Shown here piece by piece: positions 36,801 through 48,179 of a stretch of 64,000 nt of DNA. Made by a program: the position numbers and the translations under genes. Under the pieces are notes generated by a model. The model worked only from the letters and a program-made list of their open reading frames with translations, was not told where the DNA came from and did no database searches. This stretch comes from Takakia lepidozioides (Eukaryota > Plantae > Bryophyta). Where the stretch lies: contig CM060734.1 in assembly GCA_030704615.1 (NCBI GenBank), positions 56,730,001 to 56,794,000 on the forward strand. The letters run 5' to 3'. Within the stretch, counting starts at the first letter, position 1. Each line of letters begins with the position of its first letter.

Positions 36801-39070
36801 ACAGGAAAGAGGTAAACTCGTCAAATCAAGAGCAGGCCATAGGCATTGTACTGAATTACCTCGGTATGTTGTATCACATGAAGAGGTGGGCAAGGCAGCA
36901 AGCTACCAGCCTCTTCACTGCGGAGTATCTCATCCCATATCAAGGATTTTGAAGCTATTGCTTTTTGCCGAGCAAAGAAAGGGTGGGGTGCCTTGCCCTC
37001 ACTTAGGCGAGCATTCTCCTGCACACGAGGATCCAGAGCATATGAGATCTTGCTCTCTTCCAGCACCTACAGAACTGCCAACAAAGGGGAGGAAGCAGGT
37101 AGCAAAGGAAAGATACTAGAAACCAGGACAAAGACAGACAGAAAGAGCTCCTAGTACTCCCACTTTTATGGGAACACTTGGCATAAGGAGACAGATTGCA
37201 AGAAGGTCATAAAGCAAGAGGCCTATGTGAGATTGCTAAGGATAGTGTATATACAACCTCTGCTGCCAGTTTCGCTTGTGTCCGTAGATCAGAGTTGCAT
37301 ACTCCTTCCACAGAGGAAGGATTCTTTATCTTACCCCCCGAAACCTGCTGAGCTGACACTCTCTTCTTTGCAGAGCAAGCTCTAGTACGAGATTTCCCAT
37401 CAGCTTGACCTCCTGCTTGCTGTTTGCGTTTTGTTGACAAGGGTGCAAAGAAGTCTGCCACCAATTGCACCACGATGAAGCCACCACATGGAGGTGTCTC
37501 CTAAAACGCTCATGCATATGACCATGATGACGAACAAACCAATTTGAATAAAGGGACTTCAGGTGCATTTTCATTCTTGATTACAACATTTCCCTGTCCG
37601 GTAAAAAATGGCAATTTTGCACATACATCTACCCTATATCATACTATTTCCATGCAAACGCACCATTCTGGCAGGAAGGCTGGGAACCATGAGAAATTTC
37701 TTGTGGTTGAGGTTCGTCCACTTCTGGCTTTGGCTTGCTGACCATTACTTTTGAGACAATGGCAGAACTTTTTTCCTTCTGCAGGCCAGACAAAACTCTC
37801 ATCATTTTGTGCCACCATCTCTCACTTCGTGCACAACAAAAAGGGCGTAATAGAGCAATGCCAATAGCAATCTAACCTCTACTATATGTAACAACTTTCG
37901 GTCACCTTCCCTTGCAAAGATATTCTTGTCTGCAGTTAGCAGTTAGGAACAAGTGCAATACCCCCACAGAGCAACTGTCCGGATAATAAGAACGTCTAGT
38001 GCAATAGACAGTCAACCAATGACAACCACAGTCACCATAGTGATCACCGAGGCAGGATCAGAAACCAAAGTCTGGCTTTGACCATGGCCAAACAGTACAC
38101 AACACTGGCTGGGCAAATATGAGCAGCCAACAGGATTGCACTTATTATTTGACACAGATCTTCGCTGGAGTTCTAGTTACCACATGGAGTTCCTTGCTAG
38201 GTAATGCACAGGTGAGCAGGTAGAAGAAGAGATGTGATGAGCCAGAGAGGCACCAGCACTGCAAATTAAGTCCCAGTCACCCTTTTGAAAGAGGCTGGCA
38301 CTGCTATGGGAAGAAGGCTCTTAATCTTGCTGCACATATCCCACAACTGTTTGCCCTCAAAGAATCCTCGGCTTCTAAATTACCTCAGGAAACTGAGATT
38401 TGCGCCGGCGCTTTTGAGGAGCAAAGTCATCCGTAAGAACCTGATCGTGCAGTAGCTTGCTTGCGGCAACAATGGTGACTGACTTGTCATCCACTTTCTC
38501 AGGTATTACCACCTCTTTGCCAAGTTTTCGTCTCTTTGACATAGGCAAAAAAAATTGTTCCATGGAATCGGCACCTTTACTCTGATTCAAACATCCTAGT
38601 TTGGTTCCATTTGCCATCCGTCTTTGCCTTGTCTGAGGGCCAGCAGCATTGCCTGTCTCATCGTCCACTCCATCTCTGTAATCAAGGACACATGAATGAA
38701 AAGATTAAAAATGTATGTGCATTTATTCAGAATAACATTGTACACGAGTGGGGCCAACATTGCGCTCCTGGCGCAAGCATTGATAGGGGCAAGGACGGAG
38801 GCCTCCTACACAGCACCAAGACATACTGTAATACGGGTAACTCTAGAGATTTCAATCTTCCTGCATATGCTGCCCATGATGCATTTTCAGTGACATCAAT
38901 ATTGTCACTGGCAGAATTAAACCCCCCATCAATTGACCAACAATCCAAGGGAAGACTCCGACGGCATGCACATACTGAACGTTGTGGAGATAGCCTGAAC
39001 CATGGATAATGGGAGTTGTGCAGGTACTCATCACTATACCTCTCAAGAACGGATCTTACCGCCCTTCCAT
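27868..39070 (-). CDS. ELG1: ELG1/ATAD5, RFC1-like AAA+ PCNA unloader large subunit, multi-exon
   Basis: RFC boxes LWTDRYQPQSSQE|VCGN (35.1/34.6 kb), Walker A ILVTGPVG|CGKSAAIYACAREQGYTVIE|VNASDCRSG, Walker B ILFEDVD..EDSGF..TTKCPIVLTTN, and CNHDLRKSLMLLQFW. C-terminus EYWAFLGRISHLEEAR..|..FQHYLSS. Probable start MEG|RDGVDDE at 39070. Confidence 0.88.
29410..30930 (-). repeat. About 10 degenerate coding tandem repeats (about 47-58 aa) inside the large ELG1 exon
   Basis: Consensus (E/D)MTAxSxSSPKLLEGPESxxxEPSGxGIxxCxxRPQLxxNSxIAGL; DNA motif CCTCCAACAACTTGGGGCTGGA recurs. Confidence 0.9.
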
Positions 39071-39516
39071 CGGACGCCCTACAAGAAGCTGAATTCCATC
39101 GAGAAGGAGAGGTATACCATAGCAGCGAAAAAGAAGGACAGAATCACTATTAACATCGCAATTCTCTAATCATGCAAATGTGCATGGGACAGAACAGAAC
39201 GTTCAACAAAAGGCCAAGCTCATTACCCTGGCTTGCTGAATGCACACCATCACAGCTGTGTAGTGCTGCTCACTACCCAGCTGTGATTGATACACAAGTA
39301 AGTGCATCGTGCAGCATCAGATCCGCTGCTCCTCTCTCCTCCAAGACGAGCAACCCTACCTCCACGGTGGGAGGAATGCCACAGAACCGGAAGCATAAGG
39401 CCCCTTTGTGAACGATGGACTGGCGTTGAATAATCCCATATCGATTGCAGGTATGATATCCGCGACCGAATTGTGGGTAATTATTCAACGCGGGTGATTC
39501 AAATAGAGCTTTGCGC

Positions 39517-39524
39517 TTTGGCGC
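39517..39524 (+). promoter_or_regulatory. Candidate E2F site in the ELG1/NAA10 divergent promoter
   Basis: TTTGGCGC matches TTTSSCGS and lies just upstream of a replication-linked gene. Confidence 0.45.
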
Positions 39525-39530
39525 CTTTCT

Positions 39531-39952
39531 CCAGCTGTCATCGCCTCATTAGCTGCAGAGGACTTTTAAGCTCTCGGTTCTGATCCACGTCGGAGTGGAT
39601 AGAGGACCTGGATTGAGGGGTCAAGGTGAGCTGGCAGACGAGATCACTGAATTTGACACATATGGAGCAAAATCCTTTATCCAGCTGTCACTGCCTCATT
39701 AGCTGCAGGAGACTTTTAGGCTCTCGATTCTGATCCACGTCGGAGTGGATAGAGGACCTGGAGTGAGGGGTCAAGGTGAGCTGGCAGACGAGATCATTGA
39801 ATTTGGGACACTTCTGGAGCATTATCCAGCTGTCACCGCCTCATTAGTAGCTGCAGGAGACTTTTAGGCTCTCGATTCTGATCCACGTAGGAGCGGATAG
39901 AGGACCTGGATTGAGGGGTCAAGGTAAGCTGGCAGACGAGATCACTGAATTG
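39531..39952 (+). repeat. About 145-150-bp tandem repeat x3 in the bidirectional promoter
   Basis: CCAGCTGTCA..GCCTCATTAG..TCTGATCCACGT.GGAG.GGATAGAGGACCTGGA.TGAGGGGTCAAGGT.AGCTGGCAGACGAGATCA at 39531, 39681 and 39826. Confidence 0.95.
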
Positions 39953-40102
39953 GGGTCGCTTATGCAGCAGAATCGAGGTGCCACTGTGGGGCCGAAACCT
40001 AGGGTTTGTTGCGAGGAGTAGGAGAAGATGGAGAGCAACAAGAAGCAGTGGCGCAACGATCGCACAGGTGGCGAGAACGAGTGGAATCCATCGGCAGGAG
40101 CG

Positions 40103-42725
40103 ATGGTGTGCATTCGGCAAGCCACGGTAATTAGCGTTGCCTTGCGGTTTCTATAGAATTCACAGGAAAGCATATTGAACAGCATGAATTGACTTCTATG
40201 GAGGGTTGATGGCAGGTGGATGACCTGCTGGCCATGCAAAGCTGCAATCTCATGTGCCTGCCTGAGAATTATCAGATGAAGGTAGAGGCTTCTACTCTAA
40301 TATCGTCTTATTTGTCATGTAGTCTGTCTATGCGTGTCTTATTCCCTCTTCTTAATTGTAAGTTTTTCCTTCTCCGAGACCCGATCACTTCATCTTTAAC
40401 ACCAGAAACGAAGGTTGTTGTGCATCTGTTCGGTGTCAATCAACTACCTAACAGGCTCCCAGCATAAGCAGGGTTCGAACGATGCATGACCACTGGAACA
40501 GAATCATCCTCTGCTGCAGCGTTAGCCCAAATACGAGCTGTGTAAAGCCCTGTTTATGACTCATGTAATCCAGGAATACCCTCTTCAAGCCCTTGGAGAG
40601 TCTGCAGCCACATGGAATTCTATCCTTTGGAGGAATAAAGTTAATAAGTAAGTGGCATTTGTTACTGACGAAGTTCTAAACGAGTTTGGATGTTGTGCGT
40701 CTGTGTAGTATTATTTCTATCACATTTTGTCATGGCCTCAGCTGCTGTATGTTGCCGAGGACTACAACAAGAAGATCGTTGGATATGTGCTTGCCAAGAT
40801 GTGAGCGTCACAGTCATATTGTTCTGGCAAATTGCGTCTTTTTTTAACAATTGAGCGTTGTGTGACCCACATGCCCAGATGTAATTATTCTCAGGGTAGA
40901 CAAAACTAGAGGTTTGCTGTAGCTGTTGGCACGAACTAGCTCTTAATAGATTCTCATTAGTGGGAGTGTGCTTTGAGCTTTAGGGAAGAGGAGTCATCAG
41001 AGTGTCATGGGCACATCACGTCACTGGCAGTGCTACGAACACACCGCAAGCTTGGCCTCGCCACCAAGCTTATGAGTGCTGCACGTAAGTACTTGCTCCC
41101 TCTGTCAGCTGCTGGGTCATCTGGATCCGTTCTTGTTCTCTCTCATAGACATTTACACTGCAGGATGTGGCCCCTCTGGAAGGGGATGCTAGGACATCTG
41201 AGTTCTTTTGGACAGTGTCAGGCTTCTAGTTGAAGGGGATCTTTACAGAGAAGTTTGGCTCACCTTGTGAGGAGGCTAGGCTCTTCTAGATTTCTGCCAA
41301 GTTTATTTATCCTTATGGGTATTACTTTGTAATAGAAGTCTATCCTTACTATCGCTTGTCACTTCATGTCTGGTTCAGTTTGAAAGTCAATTCAATAAAA
41401 TGTCAGTTGTACACAAGCAGCTGAAGAATCCTTGTAATGCGCCACTTGAGGGGCAATTGTCTTGGTTGACCGAAATATTTTGTAGCCTATCGGTGAACAT
41501 GGTGTGCGCTAAGCAGAGACATAGAAGCTGGGGGTTGATTGTGGAGCGTGTTGGTGGGCACAGAACAAGCAATGCAAGAGGTTTTTGGAGCTGAATATGT
41601 GTCTCTGCATGTGCGTAAAAGTAATCGTGCTGCATTCCACCTCTATACTGAGACCCTGGGCTACAGGTACACATCAAGTTTGAACTCAGAAGCAATCTCA
41701 ACCCAAGCACTTTGATTAGAGAGTACCATACGAGTAGTTTCGAGGCTCAAGCTGAGGTTATGACAGATTTAGAATGCCAAGGTATAGGGGCTTTCACAAA
41801 CTTATTTGGATAAATAATTTTCATATCCTTGCTTTTTGAAGACTCTAGTTGGTCATGTGCTTCCAGTAAATATGTAACCTGCAAAACTTGTTCTGGCGTA
41901 ACCCTAAGCCAATGATCTCCCAGCATGTAAGATCCCCTTTCTTCCTCATTGCTGTCGCTCTCCAGTCTTCCCATGCAGTTTTCTGAAAGTGGGTTGGGTT
42001 TCTTAGTTTATGGTTTTGTCTCTCCATGCTAACAGCGTGTGGCATTTGGGGGGGGAGTAGGATAAATGATATTGAAGCCAAGTATTATGCAGACAGTGAG
42101 GATGCATATGATATGCGCAAGCTGCTGAAAAGTAAGCCTGACAAAGGTGGGTCCTCTTACCTTTCTCTGTGATTTGATCTTTAGACTCCCAAACTTTTTG
42201 TGGATACTCAGTCGGATAGAGCACTGAGTGCCCACCCAGGTGATTCTGGGTTCAAAAATCCTACTACATTGTCGGGCGTGGTATATTCTTCTCTCCCGTC
42301 CCTTGGGCGGTGTCCCTTGAGCCTTGTGCTCGGCGGCTCATGGTGAGGTTACTCCAAATGAGGTTCTATTTCCTCTCACTGTAATTGAGGGACCTGATTT
42401 GAAGCATATACTTCATTGCTGGAAGAATAAGAAAGCTGCTTGTCCTGGTGTTGCTTGGTAGGTTCTCAGTAAATAAGACTGAGAATGCTGGAGAAACTGG
42501 TTAATATGATAGCATTGGGTTGCAGCTGAGGGTAAGGCAGAGGGGGGCAAAAGAGTGTCAGAGAGAACTGGAGAGCGAGTAAGCAAGGATAAGGATGAAG
42601 GTGGGGCCAGACGGGGGAAGAATGATCGCAGTGAAGTCACGCCTGTCGACTTCCCTGAGAAAGAGCACCATAAGAAGGGCACAGAGGTATCCTTGAAAGA
42701 GACTAGTGCAGGTGGTGTGGGTTGA
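40103..42725 (+). CDS. NAA10: N-terminal acetyltransferase A catalytic subunit (ARD1/NAA10), 7 exons
   Basis: MVCIRQAT|[22 protein letters not shown]|[31 protein letters not shown]|[33 protein letters not shown]|..[25 protein letters not shown]|..[17 protein letters not shown]. All junctions are GT-AG and in frame. Confidence 0.96.
42201..42434 (+). mobile_element. tRNA-derived SINE, copy 3, in the last intron of NAA10
   Basis: TACTCAGTCGGATAGAGCAC..CCACCCAGGTGATTCTGGGTTCAAAAATCC head; body CCCTTGGGCGGTG..GAGCCTTGTGCTCGG..CCTGATTTG matches the reverse complement of copy 2; tail GAAGAATAAGAAAG. Confidence 0.78.
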
Positions 42726-43321
42726 ATGTAAAGGGGATTCAAGTCCCTTGCAATATTAAATGAGGTGGTGTGAAACGGCTTCGATTCAACATCTTTTTAC
42801 TGTTGGAGTCCAATGGAATCTGGTGTTGTAAAAGCTAGGCAGGTGGAACCGATATCCAACTTGTTGAGCGTCTCTCCGGATTTTCCTATATACTGGCAAT
42901 GCTTGCTCAAATCCATGAGCGATGGAAGCTCAAATCTACATGTAGTTAGTGTTTTTTTGCAGCATATCGCTTCACACCCTCATGACAGACCTGACTATGT
43001 CACTTGGTGGGGGCCATACAGCCATGAGTTTTGCCAAGAAGTGTTTAGGGTTGCTCCATCAACATGCAGGCCCTAATTGTGGAGGTCATGCTAATCTATT
43101 CTCCTTCCCCCATGTCTTTCCAAGTAACTTGCACCCGTTAGTCTTTCTGCAATTTTCCCCCGCTCACCTCAAAAGATTGCAAACTCACAGGCAGCCGTTG
43201 CCACTGGAACTCCCAATTGTAGCTAGCTAATCTTTATACACAAGGGGAATTACTTTTCACCCACCTCACCATTGTCTTTCATGTTAGATTTTACTTAGAA
43301 CTTGCCTCTCTAGGTTGCTTA

Positions 43322-44030
43322 GCTTTCAATGCGACCACAATCAATGCACCCCACTGTAGGTAGCCTCGCCTACATACTTGTTTATGTAGGCTGCTTTGCT
43401 TTCAATGCGTCCACAATTGATGCACCCCGATGTAATTAGCCTCACTTACCTCGCGGTTTGGGACATGTCAACGGGAAACAAACAAACAAACAAACAAACT
43501 AGCTTCCTTCATATATAGACTAGGGTAGCATGTGCCGTTAGCCCAAGTGTCCATTGTCATCTAAGTCCAAGTGCAATCCCCTATGTATCAAAGTGCGACT
43601 CCTATGTGAGGCCCAAATGCAACCTGTAGGGTAGCCTTTGCCGTTGGCCCAAGTGTCCAATGTCATCTAAGTGAGTTTTTTTCCAGAGAGTCTACGACCA
43701 GATTTGAACTGGAGCCCTTTCCCTTGATATCTCTCCCATCGAGGCTCCACCCATTGTCCCAAAGAATGCCCACTTTGCCATTTTTGCTATTTTTCCTGAA
43801 TTTCCAACGACCAAAAGTACTTGGAATTCCACATCTCCCACACCGCAGGTCCAAAGATCGTGAGACCAAGCCCATGCACCCCTCCTCGTCGAGGGCTTTC
43901 CAACGGTACCAAGCACCAAGGTTGGGGCCTTGCGGTTTGGGACATCTCAACGACGCTACAAAACAAAATAAAACAAACATCTCGATTCATATATTGATAG
44001 GGTAGCCTGTGTCGTTGGCCCAAGTGTCCA
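43322..44030 (+). repeat. Cluster of short direct repeats upstream of the methyltransferase-like gene
   Basis: TAGGGTAGC.TGTGCCGTTGGCCCAAGTGTCCA at 43521, 43627 and 43998; GCGGTTTGGGACAT.TCAACG at about 43454 and 43933; GCTTTCAATGCG.CCACAAT..ATGCACCCC at about 43322 and 43398. Confidence 0.85.
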
Positions 44031-46797
44031 GGGTCTATGCGAAAAACCCAGAGGGGATGAGGACGTCCAAGGGAGTGGCTGAAGCCATGAAGTTTGCGAT
44101 GAACGAGACCCGCAAGAAGCTCATGAGCGCATTTGTGAAGCAACTGAGAACCCTGCTTTTGGTCCTATGTTCTTGGACCAAATGAGGATCCACTGGAACA
44201 ACAACACCAAACCGGAGATGACACAAGATAAGCTTCACCGCTTGTCAATTGCGTGCGTGGAGTCGGACCAGAAAGTGAAATGGTTGGAGATTTGGAATTC
44301 TGATCCAAAGCGAAAAGAGACGAAGCCACTGGGCACATCAGACCCTTCAGCGACCAAGTTTTCGATACATGGCTGCACAAAGCCACCTACTGGAGCAAGG
44401 TAATCTTTCCAACTATCTTTGCTTGGACATTTGTAATGATCTTCCCTAGCATGGACTCTAATAGATGCATGTGTGTCTTCACAGATTGAGGCTCGTGCAA
44501 CCCAGGTATTGGAGAAGCAGCTGCATGATTACAAGATTACGATGACTGATCCCGAAGACACTCTCGAGGACTACTTGAGGAAGTGGAAGGCGAGTGCATG
44601 GAAAAACTGCTTCTTCCGAGAGTTTGCCAGAGAGGGGGCATCTCGCGCACAAATGAGTTCGAGCAGCAGTTCGGAGCTGAGGGAGCAATGAAGAGGGTCC
44701 TGTACAAGTGCGTGCTCACACAAACTGTTGAGTTTTGGAGTGTGACAAACAGTGAGGATTTTCGACCTCTAGCCATGCTTGTGCCTCTTTGGCTGTCTTG
44801 TATGACTGTCACAGTGTGGTTTTTTTGGCATTGGGCACTTCACCCTATCTACTAAGAATGTAATTTCATTTTCCTCTTCTGTTGCTTGTGGTCTACTAAG
44901 ACAGTACTTTCTTTATTTTGGTGTATCCTGCTTTTTAAATTTTTCGCTTCTGCTGCTTGTGGTCTACTGTGTTCCTCATTGTCATGTTTCATTGCACCCC
45001 CAAATTGCGTGCGTCGACGCACGCATTTTGTGAATGGCACACACCATGTTTTTTTGCCTCCACTTTATAATAGTGACGCTGGTTTGTTTTGTAGGTATAT
45101 CCAAAACGTGCTCATTCCAGGGAACAACCTTAGTAAGTACCTTGGCTTCATCGACTTATGGTCTGACCTTGCCAACAACAAACCATGTACACTGCAGCCA
45201 TCCTGAGGGACTACGGGAGATATCATCTGAAGGATTGTTGCTGGTATATTGATATACCCAAATCAGATTGCCCCTGGTATGAGTTGCAGATACGGAATTA
45301 GAATGACAATGCAGAGTCTTTGGCCCCTCTAACTGACAAGGATTTGCATGAGAGAAACCTTCGGAACCTCACTGAGAAGGAACCCGCAGCCAGTAAAACT
45401 CCATCGAGGGGGAAGAGAAAGGGAAAGGGCCCAAAGGACAAGGGGAAGGAGAAGAGCACCCAAGGGGATGCTGCAGGGGCTGACATTGCACAGACCCCAG
45501 TTCAAACTAAGGGGGGAAGACGCAAGGGGAAGTTTGAGCTATACGACGCAGTCGAGCACCCATCTTGAATGCAAATGCGGACTTGTGAATGACTCATTCC
45601 TTACCATGATGGAGAGCAGGAAAGCTGGTTACAGTGGAGAACCTTCTGCAACGTGGGACAAGCTGTGTGCGTTTCTTGAGTCGGTAAGGCAATTTCCCTG
45701 GTTTTTGCTTGTAATTGTTCTAGAGTTGGGATTTTTAGTGATTTCATATTTTCGCAATTATCTTTTGCATGTTTTGAAAGGGCAGACTTGGGTGAATGGT
45801 GCTCAGAAACCGTATGGTGTAGAGATGGTGCTTGTGGACATTATGGATGGGCTGCCTGTACTGGACATCCTCCCAACTGGCACTTACCCAACCTAGAATG
45901 CATTTGACGACATGTAAGGCAGTGGGTCCTTTCATTTTGCAAGTTCTTTCTATCCGATGGAGGGGTGCTTGTTATGATTCAGTCCATTACCACGAAATGT
46001 CAACGGGAGCTTGCAAGCTATCCGAAGGCCTCAGGGATGAAAAACATGGAATGGTGTGAACAGCCTGTACCTGACAAAGGGCGACTGTCCGGGACAAAAG
46101 GTAATCTTCCTATCCTTCCCTACTTCATTTCAAACAGTGTCATAGCATTGGAAGCAAAGGGGTGAACTTACATTGTTGAATTATGTTCAAATTTTGTTTG
46201 CATTGCGTCTTATGTTCTTCTTGCTGTCATGTGTGTAGACCCGACTTTTTGAAGCCGTGTGCCTTGTCAGGATGCACCCTGCTTCCACTCCTGCAGCAGT
46301 GAAGAAGTTCAGGCTTCATGGGGGAGGTGTTTTCATCAACGAAAAATTCGATCCAGTGGTAGAGGACATGCACTACAATTACGTTGATTCCAATGTTTGT
46401 TTGAGAAAGTCGAATTCCACACCATGGAGAGGGGCGAAGGAGAAGAGCCCTGCTTTTATTCAGACAATTATAGAGACTTGTTCTGATCCGGGGGCGCGCA
46501 TTGTGAACCTCACTCTTGGAACAAGTTTGAGCCCTTTCATGTTGTGGTGTTTTTTGCTTGTTACACATTCGTTGCGTCTTTCTAACAATAAAGTGTATTG
46601 CAGGGGCTTCGTACCATGCTTGCAAGGCAGCAGGCAGGCGTTTGTTTGCTATGGAAGGGGATGCGGCCATTTTCACTGACCTCCTCCAGAACTTGCAAAG
46701 GCCAGCGCGTGCCGCCTAGGAACATGAGGGTTTAGTGCTTGTGGAAATCAACGAGGGGGACGACAAAAACCTGGATGATGATTTCGCATGTGAGTAA
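44030..46797 (+). pseudogene. Intron-containing pseudogene: unknown N-terminal region plus prokaryote-type beta-class amino (N4-C/N6-A) DNA methyltransferase domain (N6_N4_Mtase-like)
   Basis: Motif order IV-VI-X-I-II: GVEMVLVDIMDGLPV (DPPY position, 45815-45860), FLSDGGVLVMI (about 45948), PWRGAKEKSPAFIQTIIETCSDPGARIVNLTLGT, intron 46525-46603, then ASYHACKAAGRRLFAMEGDAAIF. Compare canonical HPTQKP..L..LI...S.PGD.VLDPF.GSGTT..AA...GR.FIG.E. Several stops and frameshifts. Confidence 0.75.
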
Positions 46798-48179
46798 GTT
46801 GAATTTTATGTACGCTTTTGACTTCTCCCACGCAACCCCCCCCCCCCCCCCCCCCCCCCCCCTTTCTCTTCCAAGGTGGCTAATGGAATGCGTTTAATTT
46901 GGGTGGTAGGATACTGGAAGCTATTCATTTGCACGACGTCTCTGTTCTTCAGAGTGACTTGTGGTGCAACCTTTCACGTTCATACATCCTATCAGACTAC
47001 GCCGAGGCCATTGCTCGACAACAGTGTTTCATGGTATCCTCAAAGCACAAAAGACACCTCGGAGCTCGGGTTTTCATCGATGATATATGCTGAAGTTTCA
47101 GGGGATACTTGTAGTGACTGATGTGAAGTACTTTTTGTTTTTTTTTCTCCTGATGTGGCGACTATCACTCGTTTTCTGAACCTACAAAATTTTGTAATAA
47201 AATGGCTATGTGATCTAAATATACTTATGCACATGTGGACCAAATATGAGCTTGAACCAAGTTGATTCAATGGGTCATTCTAGTGTTGAACGCAGTTACG
47301 TGTCATAGAGACGGAAAATTGTGTTTCGCCTGCAGATAATTTTTTTTTAATTCCATTTTCAAGCCATATGCTTAATGATAGCATATGCAATGCGCGTGCA
47401 AAATTTGGGAGTAAACAAAAATCATTTGGACCCATAACCAGATTTTGTTCTCTCATTTGCACTCCAAAGTTGAGTTATCTTCAACTTCATGCACTCTTCA
47501 TAGAGAGTTCTATAAAAGTGACCCTAGAAACACACTTATTTTTTTCCATTTTTTTTTTGTCCCATTTTTTGCATGGATGTAGTGGTGCAAAGCCCGATGT
47601 CACAGAACAAAATAGAGCTAAGAATAAAATCATTACGCCCCTCAAAACCGCAATCATATATTTTCTAAATGCAAATATTTATTTTAAATTCATTTAAATT
47701 CGATTTAATTCAAAATTGGTGCAAGGGTGAGTGCCTTGTTGGGAAGTTTTTTTTTTTTTTTTTTTTTTTTCTTCTTGCTGGATCTTTGTACATGTGTTGC
47801 ACACCTATTTAAGCACATGTAGGAAAAAATGAAGCTTGAGCCACATTTGTTTGTTGGGTGCAATGGCATGAGAGGATTTTCTTTCACATTAATAAACAAA
47901 AATTGGTTGATAGGGTGAATGCGTCATTGGGGGGGCAAATGATTTTGTTTGGGTTTGAAACTTTGCATGCGTGTACGTTGCGCACATACATGTAATTATT
48001 GAATGACATATTTGATGCACACACACATTGAAGGTTGTTGTTTGCATTTCGTTTATAATGAAATGTATGGTTGCAAGGACACATTATAATATATGTCCCT
48101 ATGTTCATTTGTTCGTATCAGGACTTTGTCCATCCCTTCCTGGTCTTTTCTCTTGGCACCCCATCCGAAAACAATCCAA

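Noticed and set aside
39531-39952. CRISPR-like array (also 19126-19335 and 43521-44030)
   Set aside because: The units are contiguous tandem duplications or irregularly spaced, with no unique equal-length spacers, no cas genes and a eukaryotic context.
47579-47584. GTAGTG as a second CACTA right end closing an MTase-only element
   Set aside because: Only a 6-7-bp match; the adjacent sequence differs from the 54426 terminus and no matching left end was seen. Kept only as an alternative hypothesis.
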